DNA of 64,000 bases from Raillietiella orientalis (Eukaryota), in the NCBI GenBank assembly GCA_036172245.1, contig JAYWIR010000036.1, positions 1,860,001 through 1,924,000 of the forward strand, written 5' to 3'. The notes beneath the pieces are model-generated. The model saw only the letters and a list, made by a program, of their open reading frames with translations. It was not told the origin of the DNA and ran no database searches. Shown in pieces: positions 61,186 through 64,000 of this stretch. Position 1 is the stretch's first letter, and each line of letters begins with the position of its first letter. Made by a program: the position numbers and the translations under genes.

Positions 61186-62429
61186 CTGCAAGAAGGAGCG
61201 ATTCGGTAAGCAGTATTAACACGAAGGAAGCCTCAATTGGTTTTCTCAGCAATTTAAAGATTCGAATGTCTCATGAAATGTCATCGTTTTAATGGAGTCA
61301 AGAAGCCACCACGAGAATCTGGTCTTTCACAGTAGCTTGAAGGATGAGTTACAGGAGAAGGAGGATAGAAGCAAGTCGATCTCAGAATGGTGTGGCAGAT
61401 GCTCCTGCCGATCCCATTATGAAACTCGTAGTCTCTTTAAAACTCTGCCTGCAGACAAGTCAGCATTCTCTATGGTTAGCCAACCAAACCGAAGTTGCTC
61501 AAATCCTGTTCAGGCTCTACGAACGTGCAGCGCACTACAGATTGTCACAAATGGTGGGAAATGCAAGAACTGCCTTTACAACTCTTCAGCCTCTCGAAGG
61601 GCTACTACATAGAAGGATCTGTCTACTATGCCACCCAATCCTCAATGAGCAAACGTGCTGTTCCCATCGATCACCACGCGCTAGCCGATGGCTTCCCTTC
61701 ACGCACGGTTGGTCTTTGGAACCGATTCAGTCTCGTGAAGACACGATCTCCGCACAAAGCATTTTTCACGCCGACCAATAAGAATTTCCAATTTTTTGCC
61801 TGCCAACGGCTCTTGGTGCGCGATCAAGTACCACCCACGCGTGCAAGACGTTGCTACACTTTCCAACTGTTTGCTTGTTTGGAGTGTAGCAGCTAACTGC
61901 CATCGTGAGGGAGCTCCTTCATGAAGATCGACGACCTCGGCCGCTTCCCGAATGCCACCGATGGAATCCCTTTCTTGGTATCGGGAAGTGTCGAGAAGCC
62001 ACGAGAGAAAGCACCCCAAAGATGAAGAAATGGGGAATCTGTTGGCGGTGCTCTGCGTTTCGACAAGGGTTTTGACTTTTTTGCCTTGCTTCAGATCAAA
62101 AGAACTCAGCAGGCAGATCCGTGATGAGCCTCGCATCCAGATGTGCACAGTGGCGGAACCATGGCAACAACCGGGTTCCCATCGTGCAGATGTGAGAGAA
62201 TGGAACGTGCCGGTGGAGAGTGAGAAAGAGAATAATCCCGTGGAGAATGATTCCCCCCTTTCCCCCGAGTTCAGATCACGCGAGGGTACAGAAGGGAAAA
62301 GGCAAATGGGAGGAGCGATTCCCTTCATTGCTCTCTGGCGGCTTTTGCATTTTGGTGGACAGGGCCGGTGGAGAATGCTGATTAAAAACTCTCAGGTTAA
62401 AAACACCAAAAGATCATAAGAAATAACCA

Positions 62430-63200
62430 CAGGTAGTCCTCGACTTACGAGCATGCGCACTCACAGCGGCGGCCATTTCTCTTGCTTCACTTTGCCCCCG
62501 GTATATACGCAGTGTTGTCCCGGTGATCCTCCAATCCTCTCCTGATGCGGGTACCGCTCAATCTCCGATCTTGCTAGGGGAGTCGGTGGAAGGGATCCTT
62601 CCAACTTATTACAGCTTTTGGCACGTTGGTTTTTCGTGAACGATCGAAGTGTCCATTACTCTCCATGCAATTTTTGCGTTTCATGGTAACGCTGCCATGT
62701 CAAGTAAGGAAGGCAGCACCACTGATGAATGTTCGAGATTGATGAAATAGGCAAGGAAAGCTTTTAAGTTCAGATGTTTATGGATAAGACACGGATCACT
62801 TCGTCAAAGTTGAAAAGCGAATTCGGGAAGCAATTCGATGTTATCACGAAATGTATGAAGGAAAAAGAAAACAACAACAACAAGAGACAACACGAACTAA
62901 TTTGACCCATTTTTGATTTGTGTGCACTTATTTTTTTCTTACATGTTTCTTTCTTAATTTTATGCAGTTATGTGATTGCATATACGCTAATAAATAATTC
63001 ATAGATGCTCATGCAGGTGTATAGATTTTTTAACCATTTCAATTAACTTTAAGTGGTTAGAAAATGTATAAACCTGTCATGAAAACGTTCTGCTAGAAAT
63101 CAAATAAATCATGAACTTAAAAAAGTTAGCGACTTACGTCAGAACCCACTTATGATGGGGACGCTGGAACGGAACCCTATCGTAAGTCTTGGACTACCTG
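62430..63200 (+). mobile_element. Internally deleted pogo/Tigger-like DNA transposon
   Basis: 21-bp TIRs caggtagtcctcgacttacga / tcgtaagtcttggactacctg (19/21 match); internal KVEKRIREAIRCYHEMYEGKRK resembles a Tigger transposase C-terminus; no clean TA duplication. Confidence 0.8.
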
Positions 63201-64000
63201 CATCGTGTACAGTAGTATATGTATTTATAGATGGAACACCATATTTTTCGAAGATTGTAAAAAACAAATCCCAATGTTCATTATCTAAATTTATAAGTAC
63301 ATTCACTCACAAAGTTATTTTGACATACGTATTTCTTAATACATATTATCAGAATAATTATTCATAAATAAATGATTAATTGAGTTATTATGTTTACTAT
63401 ATATTTGTATATGGATCTATGTACAGGGCACTATAAAGATGATAGAAAATGATACATACTTCCATTATACCTGCATATATCGATGGTTATGCACATTTAT
63501 GTTAATTAATGTAATTAATGATACATCTTAAACAATATATATATAAAATATGATAAGACACAAATACATGTGTTTTCTTATGTAGTGGCATGCATTTCTA
63601 CACACGGTAAATACGTATGGAACGAGTATATAAATATCGAGAAAGAAACGCGCCCATTCATGGAATGATGCAGATGCTGAGAATGGGATCCGCCACTTCC
63701 TGCGGCAGCTTCACTCATGGAGGGCTGGAAATGAGGAAGATGAAAGACCAGAGTGGTTTCTTGGTTTTTCAAATTCCTTTTTTTTTTTTTTATCTTTTGT
63801 ACATTATTTTGAGCTCATCTCCTGGTTTTCGATTTTTTGCAATCCCATGTGGATATGTGCATAAATATATATTCATTATATAAATAGATATTAATAACAA
63901 ACATACATTTTTATTGAGTATATTCTTTAATACGCATATTAAGATATTAGCAAATACGATTAATTGTAACAAGAATTATGCATGTAAGGAAATAGTAATG

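Noticed and set aside
63200..64000. AT-rich end as origin, satellite or gene
   Set aside because: No periodicity or supportable coding signal visible.

Overview
Eukaryotic genomic DNA, mostly a dense patchwork of decayed non-LTR retrotransposons of the L1/Tx1 type. These have ORF1 with an RRM-like region plus CCHC knuckles, and ORF2 with APE endonuclease, RT and a C-terminal zinc finger. Roughly 30 fragments in alternating orientation fall into at least three families (my labels A, B, C). The most complete are a family-A copy (11858-16745, -) and a family-C copy (45227-50400, -) flanked by a perfect 19-bp direct repeat. Families A/B do not end in a long poly(A). They end in a conserved structured 3' tail: a hairpin with a CUGCGU loop and covarying stems, a middle hairpin, then AATAAA followed by a terminal CCCGG-loop-CCGGG hairpin. 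Two near-identical copies abut the same nucleotide of two clearly diverged endonuclease genes, suggesting targeting of related elements. The endonucleases appear to lack the L1-type specificity loop. Also present: the 3' end of an RLE-type (NeSL/Utopia-like) retroelement, Gypsy-like remnants and a deleted pogo/Tigger element. The only host genes I can support are minus-strand, short-intron, pepsin-family (A1) genes whose catalytic DTG motifs are replaced (30.2-33.4 kb and 60.5-61.2 kb); two of these loci share a 330-bp identical tract. All assignments are by-eye motif recognition, identities are estimates, and fragment boundaries are approximate unless stated exactly.
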